IMG/VR virus record: IMGVR_UViG_3300027770_000029
Length of the DNA stretch: 64,000 nt
Source: a virus
Direction: 5' to 3' (one strand)
Below the pieces are notes generated by a model. It was not told the DNA's origin and made no database searches. It saw only the letters and a list, made by a program, of their open reading frames with translations. A program made the translations under genes and the position numbers. The first letter of the stretch is position 1, and every line of letters starts with the position of its first letter. Shown one piece after another: positions 45,286 to 55,613 of this stretch.

Positions 45286-46012
45286 AGAGTTTATTAGTGT
45301 TCTTTGTCCGACCCACAAGAGACCAGAGCTGCAGAGACGTTTTGCAGAGTTTGTTTTCAAGAATTGCTCTGATCCGTCAATGATGGAAATTGTTTTTGGA
45401 ATCGACAACAACGACACAGCTGCGCTTGAAGTTGCTGACGAACTCAAGCTTCGATTTGGAGACGAAAGAATAGCAGTGAAGCTATTTGAGCCCGGCGAGA
45501 AGATGAGCAATTTTGCAAATCTTTGCTTCTCCATCGCAAAGGGTGATATCGTTGCGAACGTTGCCGATGACGTTGTTTTCAGATCCCAGAACTGGGATGT
45601 TGTCGCTCGTGAAGCTTTTGGTCTTTTCAAAGATAAGATAATTCTTCTTTGGTCAGATGATGGTCTGTGGAACGGAGAGCTTGCTTCTCACACTTTTGTC
45701 CACAGAAACTGGGTCAAAGCTCTTGGGTACGTTAATCCTCCCTACTTTGTTGCCGACTGGACCGACAAGTGGAATCAGGAAATCGCTGTTTCGATAGGAC
45801 GAGGAATTTTCGTACCTAATAGAGAGCATCTTTTCCTAGAGCACATGCACGTTGAAGCTGGTAAAATGGAGAAGGATGAGACTCATTTGAAGACTAGAGC
45901 TTTGGCTGATAAACAAAATGGGCACTTTCTTTACAATACTCCTGAGCTTGTTGCAAAACGCAATGAAGATCGTCTAAAATTGATCAAATTCATAGAGGAA
46001 AACAATGAGTAG
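45278..46012 (+). CDS. GT2-like glycosyltransferase
   Basis: VLCPT, IDNND, VADD. Confidence 0.8.
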   Translation: MSKEFISVLCPTHKRPELQRRFAEFVFKNCSDPSMMEIVFGIDNNDTAALEVADELKLRFGDERIAVKLFEPGEKMSNFANLCFSIAKGDIVANVADDVVFRSQNWDVVAREAFGLFKDKIILLWSDDGLWNGELASHTFVHRNWVKALGYVNPPYFVADWTDKWNQEIAVSIGRGIFVPNREHLFLEHMHVEAGKMEKDETHLKTRALADKQNGHFLYNTPELVAKRNEDRLKLIKFIEENNE

Positions 46013-46406
46013 AAAGTATTTGCCAACTTTCGCTGAGCTGATAGATCGTCTTTCTATCACACAGCTGAAAGAGGTTTTCATCACGGATCATAAGGACGAA
46101 TACTCTCAGGAGATCAGAGACATCTGTCATGATATCCAAGAGTGCCTTGACAGCAACGATGGTAAGATCACCGCCGACACGGTAAGAGCCATTGTGGTTC
46201 TTTCTCAGATGAATCTTCACATCTGGCATAACGAGTCTAACTATCGAAAGGGCATCAAGGATGGCAATAACCTTGAGCTGACCCATGGACTGAATGGGAT
46301 CAGAAACACAGCGAAGAACAAGATACAGGAAGCTGTGGGTGGTCGAAAGGATTACAAGATTGATTGTCTTGCTGCAGATTTCAAAGATTGGGAGGTAAGT
46401 TGGTAA
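46005..46406 (+). CDS. Conserved helical hypothetical protein of sugar clusters
   Basis: ELIDRLSI...IWHNE...RNTAK. Confidence 0.8.
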   Translation: MSRKYLPTFAELIDRLSITQLKEVFITDHKDEYSQEIRDICHDIQECLDSNDGKITADTVRAIVVLSQMNLHIWHNESNYRKGIKDGNNLELTHGLNGIRNTAKNKIQEAVGGRKDYKIDCLAADFKDWEVSW

Positions 46407-46936
46407 TGTCAAAGAAAGCTATTCTTCTAACTCACGAAGGTTATCAGGACCATGAGGTCATCTACCCTTATTATCGTTTGACTGAGGACGATTATGAGGT
46501 TGAGATTATGTCAAACAAGAGGGGTCGTTTCTACGGAATCCTCGGGACCTACATGAACGGAACTCATCTAACGACGGATCTCGATAATCCAGAGATCCAT
46601 GATCGGTTGCTCGAGTACGATATGCTCGTTATTCCAGGCGGTGTCAAGGCACTTGAGTATCTTCGTCAGGAGAAGAATGTCCTCGATTTCATTGCTGAGT
46701 GGAATCGTCGTGGCAAGGTCATTGCCTGCATTTGTCACGGTGCTCAGCTGTTGATTTCTGCAAAGATCGTTAAGGGCCGCGACATCTCTGGTTACTACAG
46801 CATCAAGGATGATATTGAGAATGCTGGCGCTCGTTATGTCGATGCTGCAGCCGTAGTTTCCGATAACATCGTAACTTCGCCTCATTACAAGCACATGGGA
46901 CCTTGGATGAAGCGAGCGATTGATCTAGTCAAATGA
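46406..46936 (+). CDS. DJ-1/PfpI family protein
   Basis: E nucleophile region, IPGG, ACICHG. Confidence 0.92.
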   Translation: MSKKAILLTHEGYQDHEVIYPYYRLTEDDYEVEIMSNKRGRFYGILGTYMNGTHLTTDLDNPEIHDRLLEYDMLVIPGGVKALEYLRQEKNVLDFIAEWNRRGKVIACICHGAQLLISAKIVKGRDISGYYSIKDDIENAGARYVDAAAVVSDNIVTSPHYKHMGPWMKRAIDLVK

Positions 46937-47598
46937 ATTACAAGAGTAACGTAGTTAAGAAGCCATGGGGCTACGAGTATCTCGCATATGAGAACGATAA
47001 AGTAGCTCTATGGTTTTTAAAGATTCTTCGTGACCAGCAAACTTCCATGCACTGTCATCCGAACAAGACGACGGGGCTGATGGTCGTCGCTGGTCAAGCC
47101 GAAGTATCATTTTTAGCTGACTCCGTTAAACTCTCAAATTCTGAAAAGATCATGATTCGCAAGGGTCTTTTCCACTCGACAAGAGCTCATCATGGACATC
47201 TATCTCTCTTTGAGATTGAGACACCTGTTGACAAGCATGATCTCGTAAGGCTCCGTGACAGTTACGGCAGAACCGGCCAGCCTTACGAGGACGAGTCATA
47301 CGAGTACCCCAAAGAGTCAGAGTGTCTTTGGATAAAAGAGCCAGAACCAGGAAAAAGCGAAATCTATAACTTTGATGGGCAAGTGATCAAAGTTCTTGGA
47401 ATAAAAACAATTGATGATCTTAAAGAAGCCTCAAGTTCGTCAAATGTAATGTTCTTGAAGGGTGGTCTTTTGACCGAGTACGGAGTCGCAGTGGCCAGTC
47501 CTGGTGACATTGTCTCGAGCAATGTGCTTCATCGTTTGCTTGAAGTGTTTGATAAAATCGAAGAAGGAACAATAGTATTGACTCACGAAGGTGAGTAA
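46933..47598 (+). CDS. Cupin-domain protein (mannose-6-P isomerase-like)
   Basis: KKPWGYE, SMHCH, FHST, EIETP..RLRD. Confidence 0.85.
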   Translation: MNYKSNVVKKPWGYEYLAYENDKVALWFLKILRDQQTSMHCHPNKTTGLMVVAGQAEVSFLADSVKLSNSEKIMIRKGLFHSTRAHHGHLSLFEIETPVDKHDLVRLRDSYGRTGQPYEDESYEYPKESECLWIKEPEPGKSEIYNFDGQVIKVLGIKTIDDLKEASSSSNVMFLKGGLLTEYGVAVASPGDIVSSNVLHRLLEVFDKIEEGTIVLTHEGE

Positions 47599-47990
47599 TG
47601 AAAGAGAAGGAAGTTCCTCCTGGGTTTGAGAGTGAAGTAGATAACATCGCTATTGATTTTGATGGTGTGATTCACGATTTTAGTAAAGGGTGGCATGATG
47701 GAACATGCTACGGAGATCCTTTACCAGGTTCTCTTGACGCTTTGAGAAGTCTCTCAAAGAGATTCAATATCGTAATCTTCACCGCAAAAGCGAAGCCGAA
47801 TAGACCGCTTGTCGACGGAAAGACAGGACATCAGCTTGTTTCAGAGTGGCTTGACAAGCATGGTGTCCTGTCTTGCATTCGTGAGATAACGAGCGAGAAG
47901 CCACGTGCCCAGCTGTACATTGACGATAAAGGTTATAGATTTGAAAGCTGGGAGAGCACAATGAGATACATCGAGGAAAATCATGAGTGA
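47598..47990 (+). CDS. HAD-family phosphatase
   Basis: IAIDFDGVI, YIDDKG. Confidence 0.88.
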   Translation: MKEKEVPPGFESEVDNIAIDFDGVIHDFSKGWHDGTCYGDPLPGSLDALRSLSKRFNIVIFTAKAKPNRPLVDGKTGHQLVSEWLDKHGVLSCIREITSEKPRAQLYIDDKGYRFESWESTMRYIEENHE

Positions 47991-48816
47991 TTTTAGACTG
48001 AACGTATTTAGAAGAGCTTCTCTCTGCAGAAATTTTGAGAAGAAAGTTTTTGACTTAATCCGAGCAGGGACTTTCAAATTTCCAATTTATCTGTCAGCTG
48101 GGCAGGAATACACTGCTTCAACATTGTCCGAGGTTCTCTCTCAAAAGAGAATCGAACCCAACATATTCATACAGCACCGTGGTCATTCAACGTATCTGTC
48201 TTTTGACGCTCCAATTGAGCAACTGGCGGATGAGCTCTTGGGTCTTAAGACTGGTTGTTCTAATGGGATGGGAGGCTCAGCCTCCATACAATCCAGAGAA
48301 AAGAAGATATTCGGACATGACGGTCTGATGGGAAGCCAGGTTCCAATAGCGGTGGGTCACTGCTATTCAACGAAGAACCCCACCGTTGTTTTCATGGGAG
48401 ATGCATCTGCCGAGGAAGACTACGCTCTTGGAGCTCTTGGCTGGGCTGCAACTAAGAAGCTTCCAATTCTTTTCATCGTTGAAGACAACAATCTCTCAAT
48501 TCTCACTGAGAAAAAGATTAGAAGGTCATGGGAAATGCACGATGTTGCCATGTCTTTTGGCATGAAAGGCATGAACATTGACGATGATCCGATGACAATT
48601 AAAGATGCATTGGAAGGAGCGTTTGATGGTCCAATGCTTTTAAACGTGAATACTCACAGAAAGTTCTGGCATGCTGGCGCTGGAATTGACGATGATAGCA
48701 TTTTCGATAGATACGAAAATGAAATGTCAATTATCGGTGACTCTGCAAGAGAGATTGATCAACAGACCAAGCAAAGGGTTGAAAAAATATGGCAAGAACG
48801 GTTAGAGAGACGATAA
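47983..48816 (+). CDS. TPP-dependent dehydrogenase E1 alpha-like subunit
   Basis: SAGQE, HRGH, GDAS...EDNN. Confidence 0.88.
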   Translation: MSDFRLNVFRRASLCRNFEKKVFDLIRAGTFKFPIYLSAGQEYTASTLSEVLSQKRIEPNIFIQHRGHSTYLSFDAPIEQLADELLGLKTGCSNGMGGSASIQSREKKIFGHDGLMGSQVPIAVGHCYSTKNPTVVFMGDASAEEDYALGALGWAATKKLPILFIVEDNNLSILTEKKIRRSWEMHDVAMSFGMKGMNIDDDPMTIKDALEGAFDGPMLLNVNTHRKFWHAGAGIDDDSIFDRYENEMSIIGDSAREIDQQTKQRVEKIWQERLERR

Positions 48817-49694
48817 AGAGCTTGACTCGTTCACACCTTGAGAAGGGTGGTAGATGCTTCGGGCAGTGCCTCACTGCAGTTGGTTGGGTGGGTGGAACTT
48901 TGCCTGAGCTTTATGAAGAAGACGGAATGGTCGAGTTTTCTATGGCCGATGTTGCTGGCGGAGCGATAGCCACAGGAATCGCATTAGCTGGAGAAAGACC
49001 GATCTACGTTGTTCGATATCAAGGCTTTCAGTGGTACAACGCTCCGTCTATTATCAACTACGCTGCAAAGTCAAACGATATTTGGGGAATTCCTTGCCCA
49101 ATCTTCGTAAGAAGCATCGCCATGGAAGGTGGAGTCGGACCCGTAGCTGGTTCTTCCCATCATTCTCTGTATGATAGGATGCCTGGTCTTAAGATCGCTG
49201 CTCCTATGACTCCGAATGAGTACGAGAGCGTGTATGAGAGCTTCATGAATGATGATGTTCCTTATTACGTTTCCGAGCATAGAAAGAGTTATGACAACAC
49301 TCGAGAGCTGGAAGATTTCATTCATGAGGATGCAGACATTACGCTTCTCCCAATTTCAGTCACTCGATTCGCAGCTGAAGAAGCTAGAGCTGCTCTTGAG
49401 AAATTGGGCTACAAAGTGAATATTGTCCACCAGATGTGGATTAAGCCCTTTTCCTCAAAGGAAAAGTCAATTGAAGCTTTGCTACGATCAAAGTATGGTG
49501 GGATAGTTCTTGATGATGACTATGAGCAGGGGGTGGCTTCAAGCCTCGCGCATCAGCTAATGTTAAGCTCAAAGAAAGATGTTCACACTCTTTGCATTGA
49601 GAACAGAACAGCAGGTTTCCACCCGGACGTTGACGTATTTCCTCCGAATTGTGAAAGAATTGTTGAGAAGTCTCTTTCGGTTCTGAGATCATGA
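48789..49694 (+). CDS. TPP-dependent E1 beta / transketolase C-terminal-like subunit
   Basis: Pyr-binding-like region, SHHS, VSEH. Confidence 0.85.
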   Translation: MARTVRETIKSLTRSHLEKGGRCFGQCLTAVGWVGGTLPELYEEDGMVEFSMADVAGGAIATGIALAGERPIYVVRYQGFQWYNAPSIINYAAKSNDIWGIPCPIFVRSIAMEGGVGPVAGSSHHSLYDRMPGLKIAAPMTPNEYESVYESFMNDDVPYYVSEHRKSYDNTRELEDFIHEDADITLLPISVTRFAAEEARAALEKLGYKVNIVHQMWIKPFSSKEKSIEALLRSKYGGIVLDDDYEQGVASSLAHQLMLSSKKDVHTLCIENRTAGFHPDVDVFPPNCERIVEKSLSVLRS

Positions 49695-50173
49695 AGTTCA
49701 AAGAAGTCAAGGTAATAAATCCTGATTTTCATTCTGATTACAGAGGCGATTTGTGGACACTGTGGAAGCAAGGAGAGACTTGTCCTGGGGTTAACTTCAA
49801 TCATGACAAAGTCTCTTCTTCTAGAAAGAATGTTCTTCGTGGAATTCATGGAGACAATAAATCAACGAAGCTGATAACTTGTCTTCACGGAGAAGTCTAT
49901 TTTGTGGTTGTTGACAATCGACCCGAATCAGAAACATATTTGCAATGGGATTGGACAATACTTTCTGAGCACAACAAGAGAATGGTTCTCGTTCCTCCCA
50001 GATTCGGAAACGGCTTCTACACTCTAAGCGAGCAATCTGTTTTCTATTACAAGTGGTCATATGAAGGAAAGTACCCTGACGTTGCAGATCAATTCACTTT
50101 AAGATGGAACGACAGTAGAATAGCGATAGATTGGCCTAGCGAAAATCCAATACTACAGTTGAGGGACAAATAA
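49691..50173 (+). CDS. rfbC: dTDP-4-dehydrorhamnose 3,5-epimerase family
   Basis: DYRG, LRGIH, VVVDNR, GNGF. Confidence 0.88.
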   Translation: MKFKEVKVINPDFHSDYRGDLWTLWKQGETCPGVNFNHDKVSSSRKNVLRGIHGDNKSTKLITCLHGEVYFVVVDNRPESETYLQWDWTILSEHNKRMVLVPPRFGNGFYTLSEQSVFYYKWSYEGKYPDVADQFTLRWNDSRIAIDWPSENPILQLRDK

Positions 50174-51351
50174 TGAATTACTCTTGGCCGTTGATCAACG
50201 ATAACGTGACTGAAGCTGACAAGCTCGCATTGATCAAGTTTCTTTCAGAGCCAAATGTTCGCCTTACCCAGGGAGCAAAAGTAGAAGAGTTCGAGATCAA
50301 GTGGTCGAAGTGGCTCGGCGTGAAGCATAGCGTTTTTGTTAACTCAGGAGCTTCTGCCAACTACATCATGACTGCCATCATTCGAGATAAGTGCGGTAAC
50401 GGAGAAATTATCGTTCCGCCTCTTGGATGGGTCTCTGACATTGCGCCGGTTGTTAATTTCGGAATGACTCCTGTTTTTGTCGATGTCTCTATGGAGAATA
50501 TGGCAATTACTGAGGATGGAATAAGAGCTGCAATAACTGACAAGACACGCGCGATTGTTCTCGTTCACACCCTTGGTTTCAACGGCATCAATGAAAAGAT
50601 CGTAGAAATTGCTAAAGAGCATAACTTGATGCTTATCGAGGATTGCTGTGAGTCACACGGCGCGACTTTTAATGAAAGAAAGGTCGGAACAATTGGTGAT
50701 ATGTCAAACTTCTCTTTCTATTTTGGTCATCACATGACTACGATAGAGGGAGGAATGATTTGCACGGACAACACTGAGCTCTATCATCTGGCCAAGCTTT
50801 ATCGATCCCACGGGATGATAAGAGATTCTAGTGAGGAGATAAAGTCTCATTTTTCCCAGAAGTACCCCAGCTTAAATCCACTCTTCACCTTTGCAGTTCC
50901 AGGATTCAACATGAGAGGAACTGAGATCAATGCAGTAATCGGTCTCGAGCAGCTGGAGAGACTGGATGATGCGATTCAAGCAAGGACAGAGAACTTAAAT
51001 GCTTGGCTTGACAATCTGGATTCGGATCATTTCTTCACAGATTTTGATAGATCCGGCAGCAGCAATTTTTCTCTTCCTTTGATTCTTAGAGAAAAAAGCA
51101 GCGAAAAATTCCACGCTATCTGCAGAACTCTAGAGTCTCTTGGAGTAGAATATCGAAAAGGAACGGCAGGCGGCGGTAATCAAGCTCGTCAACCGTATCT
51201 TGAGAATTATTCTCATAGGATCGAAGGACCCATGGAAAATGTTGATCACATCCATGATTTCGGTTTATACATCGGAAATCACTGTGAAGTCAACCCAAGC
51301 AGGGTCAAGACGCTTTGTGAAGCTTTAAACAAGAGGATCTCTAATGTTTGA
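50173..51351 (+). CDS. DegT/DnrJ-fold enzyme of the 3-dehydratase subtype (ColD/RfbH-like)
   Basis: VNSGAS, EDCCE, SFYFGHHMTTIEGG (His at the usual Lys site). Confidence 0.85.
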   Translation: MNYSWPLINDNVTEADKLALIKFLSEPNVRLTQGAKVEEFEIKWSKWLGVKHSVFVNSGASANYIMTAIIRDKCGNGEIIVPPLGWVSDIAPVVNFGMTPVFVDVSMENMAITEDGIRAAITDKTRAIVLVHTLGFNGINEKIVEIAKEHNLMLIEDCCESHGATFNERKVGTIGDMSNFSFYFGHHMTTIEGGMICTDNTELYHLAKLYRSHGMIRDSSEEIKSHFSQKYPSLNPLFTFAVPGFNMRGTEINAVIGLEQLERLDDAIQARTENLNAWLDNLDSDHFFTDFDRSGSSNFSLPLILREKSSEKFHAICRTLESLGVEYRKGTAGGGNQARQPYLENYSHRIEGPMENVDHIHDFGLYIGNHCEVNPSRVKTLCEALNKRISNV

Positions 51352-52312
51352 GAACAAGAATGTACTGGTGACTGGTGGTAGCGGCATGATTGGGAGAGAG
51401 CTTGTCTCACTCCTTCAGAAGCGTGGTGCGAAAGTAAGGGTTGCTGATATCAAGGACCCGGTCGATATGAGCAACATCGAGTTTGTTAGAGCGGATCTTC
51501 GAGATTTTTCTGATTGCAAGAAAATCGTTAAGGGCATGAACTACGTCTTCAATCTTGTTGGTATCAAGTGCTCTCCAAAAGTTTGTTTAGAGAGACCTGC
51601 TGATATCATGGGCCCTATGATGCAGTTCAACACGAATATGCTTGAAGCTGCGATGAATGAAGGAGTTGACTGGTACCTGTACACTAGCACCGTCGGCGTG
51701 TATCAGCCCGCAGAGGTACTTCGTGAGGACGACGTTTGGCAGACTCAACCGTCTAGAAATGATTGGTTCGGCGGTTGGGCAAAGAGGATGGGAGAGCTTC
51801 AGTGTCAGGCTTACGAGAAGCAGTACGGAGCAGGAAAGTGCAGCATCGTTCGTCCTGCTAACGTCTACGGTCCTTACGACAACTTTGACCCTGACAGCTC
51901 GATGGTTGTTCCTTCGCTGATCAGGAAGGCATTTTCGGGTGACAAGATGGAAGTGTGGGGAGACGGTTCGGCCGTTAGAGACTTCATTCACGCTCGAGAC
52001 GTTGCAGAGGGAATGCTTTTTGTTGTCGAGAATAAGATAACTCAGCCTGTCAACCTTGGGTCTGGCGACGGAGTGACAATAAAGCAGGTTGCTGATGCTG
52101 TCGCTAATATCGCTGGCGTTGAAGTTGTCTGGGACACAACAAAGCCGACCGGTGATGCTCGTCGAGTTTTTGACATGACTAGAGCTCATTCTCTTGGATT
52201 CTTTCCAAAGATCTCAATCGAAGATGGAATTAAAGAAACGGTCGAATGGTACGTCAAGAATCAGAATGTTGCCAATAGCAGCGTTGACGCTTTCAAGTCA
52301 ATGAGAAAGTGA
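51344..52312 (+). CDS. NAD-dependent epimerase/reductase (GDP-fucose-synthase-like)
   Basis: GGSGMIG, RPANVYGP, WGDGS.RDF. Confidence 0.9.
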   Translation: MFENKNVLVTGGSGMIGRELVSLLQKRGAKVRVADIKDPVDMSNIEFVRADLRDFSDCKKIVKGMNYVFNLVGIKCSPKVCLERPADIMGPMMQFNTNMLEAAMNEGVDWYLYTSTVGVYQPAEVLREDDVWQTQPSRNDWFGGWAKRMGELQCQAYEKQYGAGKCSIVRPANVYGPYDNFDPDSSMVVPSLIRKAFSGDKMEVWGDGSAVRDFIHARDVAEGMLFVVENKITQPVNLGSGDGVTIKQVADAVANIAGVEVVWDTTKPTGDARRVFDMTRAHSLGFFPKISIEDGIKETVEWYVKNQNVANSSVDAFKSMRK

Positions 52313-52316
52313 CTTT

Positions 52317-53180
52317 ATGTCAAAGGATATAGCTGTTTATATTCCGACCAGGAGCAACCCTGAATCTTTCGGTAAAACAGTTGATATGTTGATAGAGACT
52401 TGCAGCTCTATCAACAACTTTGACATTTTCGCTTTAATTGATGATGATCAGATAGATCTCTATTCATCGGTAGTCTCAAGATATTCGAACGTGGTCTGCG
52501 TGAATCCACCACACGCAGGACCGAACTCTCCGTTCATGATGAGAGCTTTCTTTGACTTCATCGAGTCAAATGATTACTACTTTGTCTGGGCGGTCACTGA
52601 CGATTTTTGGGGACTTTCAAGAAATTGGGACTCTGAAATTCTAAAAAAGAAAGATGCGTTTGACGATGCAATCTTCATGTTGCACACCACAAACCCGCTC
52701 GGAAGAAATCTTAATGCTTTGACATCACAGTTCAGGACCGCTTGGGACCCGTTCAACGGCGCAAACAAGCCAATTTTGAGAGATCCAGCTCGTCTCATTT
52801 ATCATTATCATGAAATGCTGCCCATCTGCACTAAGAAATGGTGGATGGCAATCCGAGATTTTTTTGATGATGATTACAAGGGCGCAGATATTGTTTTCCT
52901 TTGCGCTGCTCTTGCCCATATCCTTAGCGTGAGATTTGGGTACTCTAGACTTCTTCAAGCAAAAGTTAGATACGAAGACCTAATTGACAACAAGAACGCT
53001 CTGAAAGTTACTGTCAACGGTCTCAATCGTGACCAGTTCTTTAAGAAATGGGCAGTTGATGAGAACTTTTCTATGATTGAACCTGTCGCGAAGAAAGTAG
53101 CTGACGATATTTTCTATCATTACTCTGACATCATGTGCGAAGTTAGAGAAATCGAAAAAGTTCGATGGAAGAATGAGTAA
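52317..53180 (+). CDS. GT-A-like hypothetical glycosyltransferase
   Basis: IPTR, IDDD, VTDD. Confidence 0.6.
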   Translation: MSKDIAVYIPTRSNPESFGKTVDMLIETCSSINNFDIFALIDDDQIDLYSSVVSRYSNVVCVNPPHAGPNSPFMMRAFFDFIESNDYYFVWAVTDDFWGLSRNWDSEILKKKDAFDDAIFMLHTTNPLGRNLNALTSQFRTAWDPFNGANKPILRDPARLIYHYHEMLPICTKKWWMAIRDFFDDDYKGADIVFLCAALAHILSVRFGYSRLLQAKVRYEDLIDNKNALKVTVNGLNRDQFFKKWAVDENFSMIEPVAKKVADDIFYHYSDIMCEVREIEKVRWKNE

Positions 53181-54086
53181 ATGGAAAGCTCAACAAGTCT
53201 TAAGCTAAGAGAGTTTTTAGAGAGCGAGTACGACAAGACAAGCAGCTTTCAAAAGACTTTCGGAAGTGACATAGCTTACGTTCAAACTTCTAAAAGCAAG
53301 CACTGGAACAAGATATTCCACGATGAACTTGCTAAATTTCTTGTTAGCAAAGGAATCTGCGAGTCATCTGATTCTGATCTCAGGCAATTACATTCTACGA
53401 TTGAACAAAAGTATCTTGAATATCAGACCGTGGGGCAAAACAACAACTCACGTCCTATAATCGCCGACATCGTGTTCGATTTTATTGCAGAGCAAGAGAA
53501 CCTATATCATCAGTTCATGAAGTGGATTCATGATGAAGTGATAAAAGAAGATTTCTTCTTTCAGAAGATACCAACGGTCAGATTTCACGCTCCCGGTGCG
53601 GAAGGTAATCTTAGTTTACCAGCCTGGCACTCAGATTGCTTCCTGGGTCACAACCCCAGAGAGTATAATATCTGGTTCGGCATTACTGACAATGATCGTT
53701 CAGATTTCTGGGTTCAGAATTTTGAGTCATCAAAAAGATGGTTTTCGGAGCTTGAGTTTGACAGAGAGATCTGGAAGTCGATCTGCTTTAGTGGAGATAA
53801 GAACTTCATGTCTCTTGGATACAAGAACGCATCCGAAGCTTCCGATATCTACAACTCGATTCTGATGTTCGATTCGAGATGCATACACGCTGCAGCTCAC
53901 AGATCACAACGAGATCTAACAACTAAGATATCGATAGATGTCAGGTTAATTCTTGTTAGAGATTTTGAGTGGAAGTTGATCGATGGGGTTCCAGTTTTTC
54001 GGGGTGATGGAATCAGAAAAGCTGAATTTAGACCGGGTTCAGATTTTGGATATCACGAAAAAACAATAAGAGAGTTGATGAGATGA
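53181..54086 (+). CDS. Fe(II)/2OG-dioxygenase-like protein (StrG-like)
   Basis: PTVRF, WHSD, CIH, SIDVR. Confidence 0.7.
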   Translation: MESSTSLKLREFLESEYDKTSSFQKTFGSDIAYVQTSKSKHWNKIFHDELAKFLVSKGICESSDSDLRQLHSTIEQKYLEYQTVGQNNNSRPIIADIVFDFIAEQENLYHQFMKWIHDEVIKEDFFFQKIPTVRFHAPGAEGNLSLPAWHSDCFLGHNPREYNIWFGITDNDRSDFWVQNFESSKRWFSELEFDREIWKSICFSGDKNFMSLGYKNASEASDIYNSILMFDSRCIHAAAHRSQRDLTTKISIDVRLILVRDFEWKLIDGVPVFRGDGIRKAEFRPGSDFGYHEKTIRELMR

Positions 54087-54661
54087 AATCAAAAGTTTTT
54101 ATAACCGGAGCTAGCTCAGGTCTTGGAGTTTACCTTTCTTCAAAATTCGAAAGAGAGGGTCATGAAGTTTTTCGTCATGAAGGACGGAAGCATTTCGATC
54201 TCTCCAAAATAGAAGAGGTCGAGTCTTTAGCACGTGAAGCTCGTTCGCAGGGAGTCAAAATTCTTGTAAACAACGCTGCAATCACATGCCCAGGAAAGAA
54301 ATTAGAAGATTACAATCTCTCAGAGATTCAGAGCATGATTGCCGTTAATCTTACGGCTCCGGTAGTCTTGACATATGAGCTTCTTCCAAACCTATCGGAC
54401 GTGATTAACATCAACTCTATGGTCGGGCTTGAGATCAAAGCTAATAGGACCCTGTACTCAGCTACCAAGTGGGGTTTAAGAGGATTTTCGCAAAGCTTAA
54501 AGTCAGAGAACAACAATTTGAACGTTCTCGATGTCTACCCTACAAACATAAAAACTACTCCCGACAGACAAAACGCAATGGACATAAACTTCGTGATAGA
54601 CAGAGTGTATGATTCATTCGTAAAAAGAGATCGGGAGCTCATTCTAGATGGTAGAAAATAA
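54083..54661 (+). CDS. Short-chain dehydrogenase/reductase
   Basis: TGASSGLG, NNAA, YSATK. Confidence 0.92.
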   Translation: MKSKVFITGASSGLGVYLSSKFEREGHEVFRHEGRKHFDLSKIEEVESLAREARSQGVKILVNNAAITCPGKKLEDYNLSEIQSMIAVNLTAPVVLTYELLPNLSDVININSMVGLEIKANRTLYSATKWGLRGFSQSLKSENNNLNVLDVYPTNIKTTPDRQNAMDINFVIDRVYDSFVKRDRELILDGRK

Positions 54662-55613
54662 GAAGAAGATACTGATTTGCGGCGCGACTGGGTTTATTGG
54701 AAGAAATCTGCTTGATTTCTATTATAAGCAGGGAAAGTACAACATAAGAGCCACTCACTTTCGCAGACCTGCAGTTGAAGGTTACGATGGGGTCGAGTGG
54801 ATCAACTGCGATCTAAGAAATCCTGAACACGTTTCAAGCGCTCTGTCTGGAGTTGATATTGTTCTGCAGTTTGCAGCTACCACAACGGGAGCGAGGGACA
54901 TCGTCTCAAAGCCCTACATACACGTAACAGACAACGCTGTTATGAACTCTCTTCTTCTTAGGGAAGCATTCGAGAAGAAGATCGAGCATTTTGTGTTCCC
55001 TAGCTGCACTATCATGTATCAGAAGTCTGAAACTGCGATAAAGGAAGATGACTTCAATCCTTCCGACGAAATTCTTCCGTTCTATTTCGGAGCAGGAAAC
55101 ACGAAAGTTTATCTTGAGAAGATGTGCGAGTTTTACTCACGAATTGGGTCGACAAAGCACACCGTCATTCGTCACTCCAACATGTACGGTCCTCATGACA
55201 AGTATGATCTTGAGAAGTCACATGTGTTTGGAGCAACGGTGACCAAGGTCATGACGTCTGCGGATGGCAAGATTAACGTTTGGGGGACTGGCGAGGAAGC
55301 TCGGGATCTTCTTTTTGTTGAAGATCTTGTTGGATTTGTCAATGATGCAATTGACAAGCAGGAGAGCAAGTTCGAGCTGTTTAACGTTGGCTTGGGAGAA
55401 GGGATCAAGATAAAGGATCTCGTTCGAAAGATTGTCGATCACTCAGGCCGAGACCTTCAGATTGTTCACGATCTGTCACAGCCCACGATACCTACCTCTC
55501 TTTTCCTCGATTGCTCTAAAGCTAAGAGAGTACTTGGCTGGTCTCCGTCTCATTCTCTTGATGAGGGTATCATCAAAACGTTGCTGTGGTATAGGAAGAA
55601 TGTGGCACGCTGA
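54648..55613 (+). CDS. NAD-dependent epimerase/reductase
   Basis: GATGFIG, RHSNMYGP, WGTG..RD. Confidence 0.9.
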   Translation: MVENKKKILICGATGFIGRNLLDFYYKQGKYNIRATHFRRPAVEGYDGVEWINCDLRNPEHVSSALSGVDIVLQFAATTTGARDIVSKPYIHVTDNAVMNSLLLREAFEKKIEHFVFPSCTIMYQKSETAIKEDDFNPSDEILPFYFGAGNTKVYLEKMCEFYSRIGSTKHTVIRHSNMYGPHDKYDLEKSHVFGATVTKVMTSADGKINVWGTGEEARDLLFVEDLVGFVNDAIDKQESKFELFNVGLGEGIKIKDLVRKIVDHSGRDLQIVHDLSQPTIPTSLFLDCSKAKRVLGWSPSHSLDEGIIKTLLWYRKNVAR

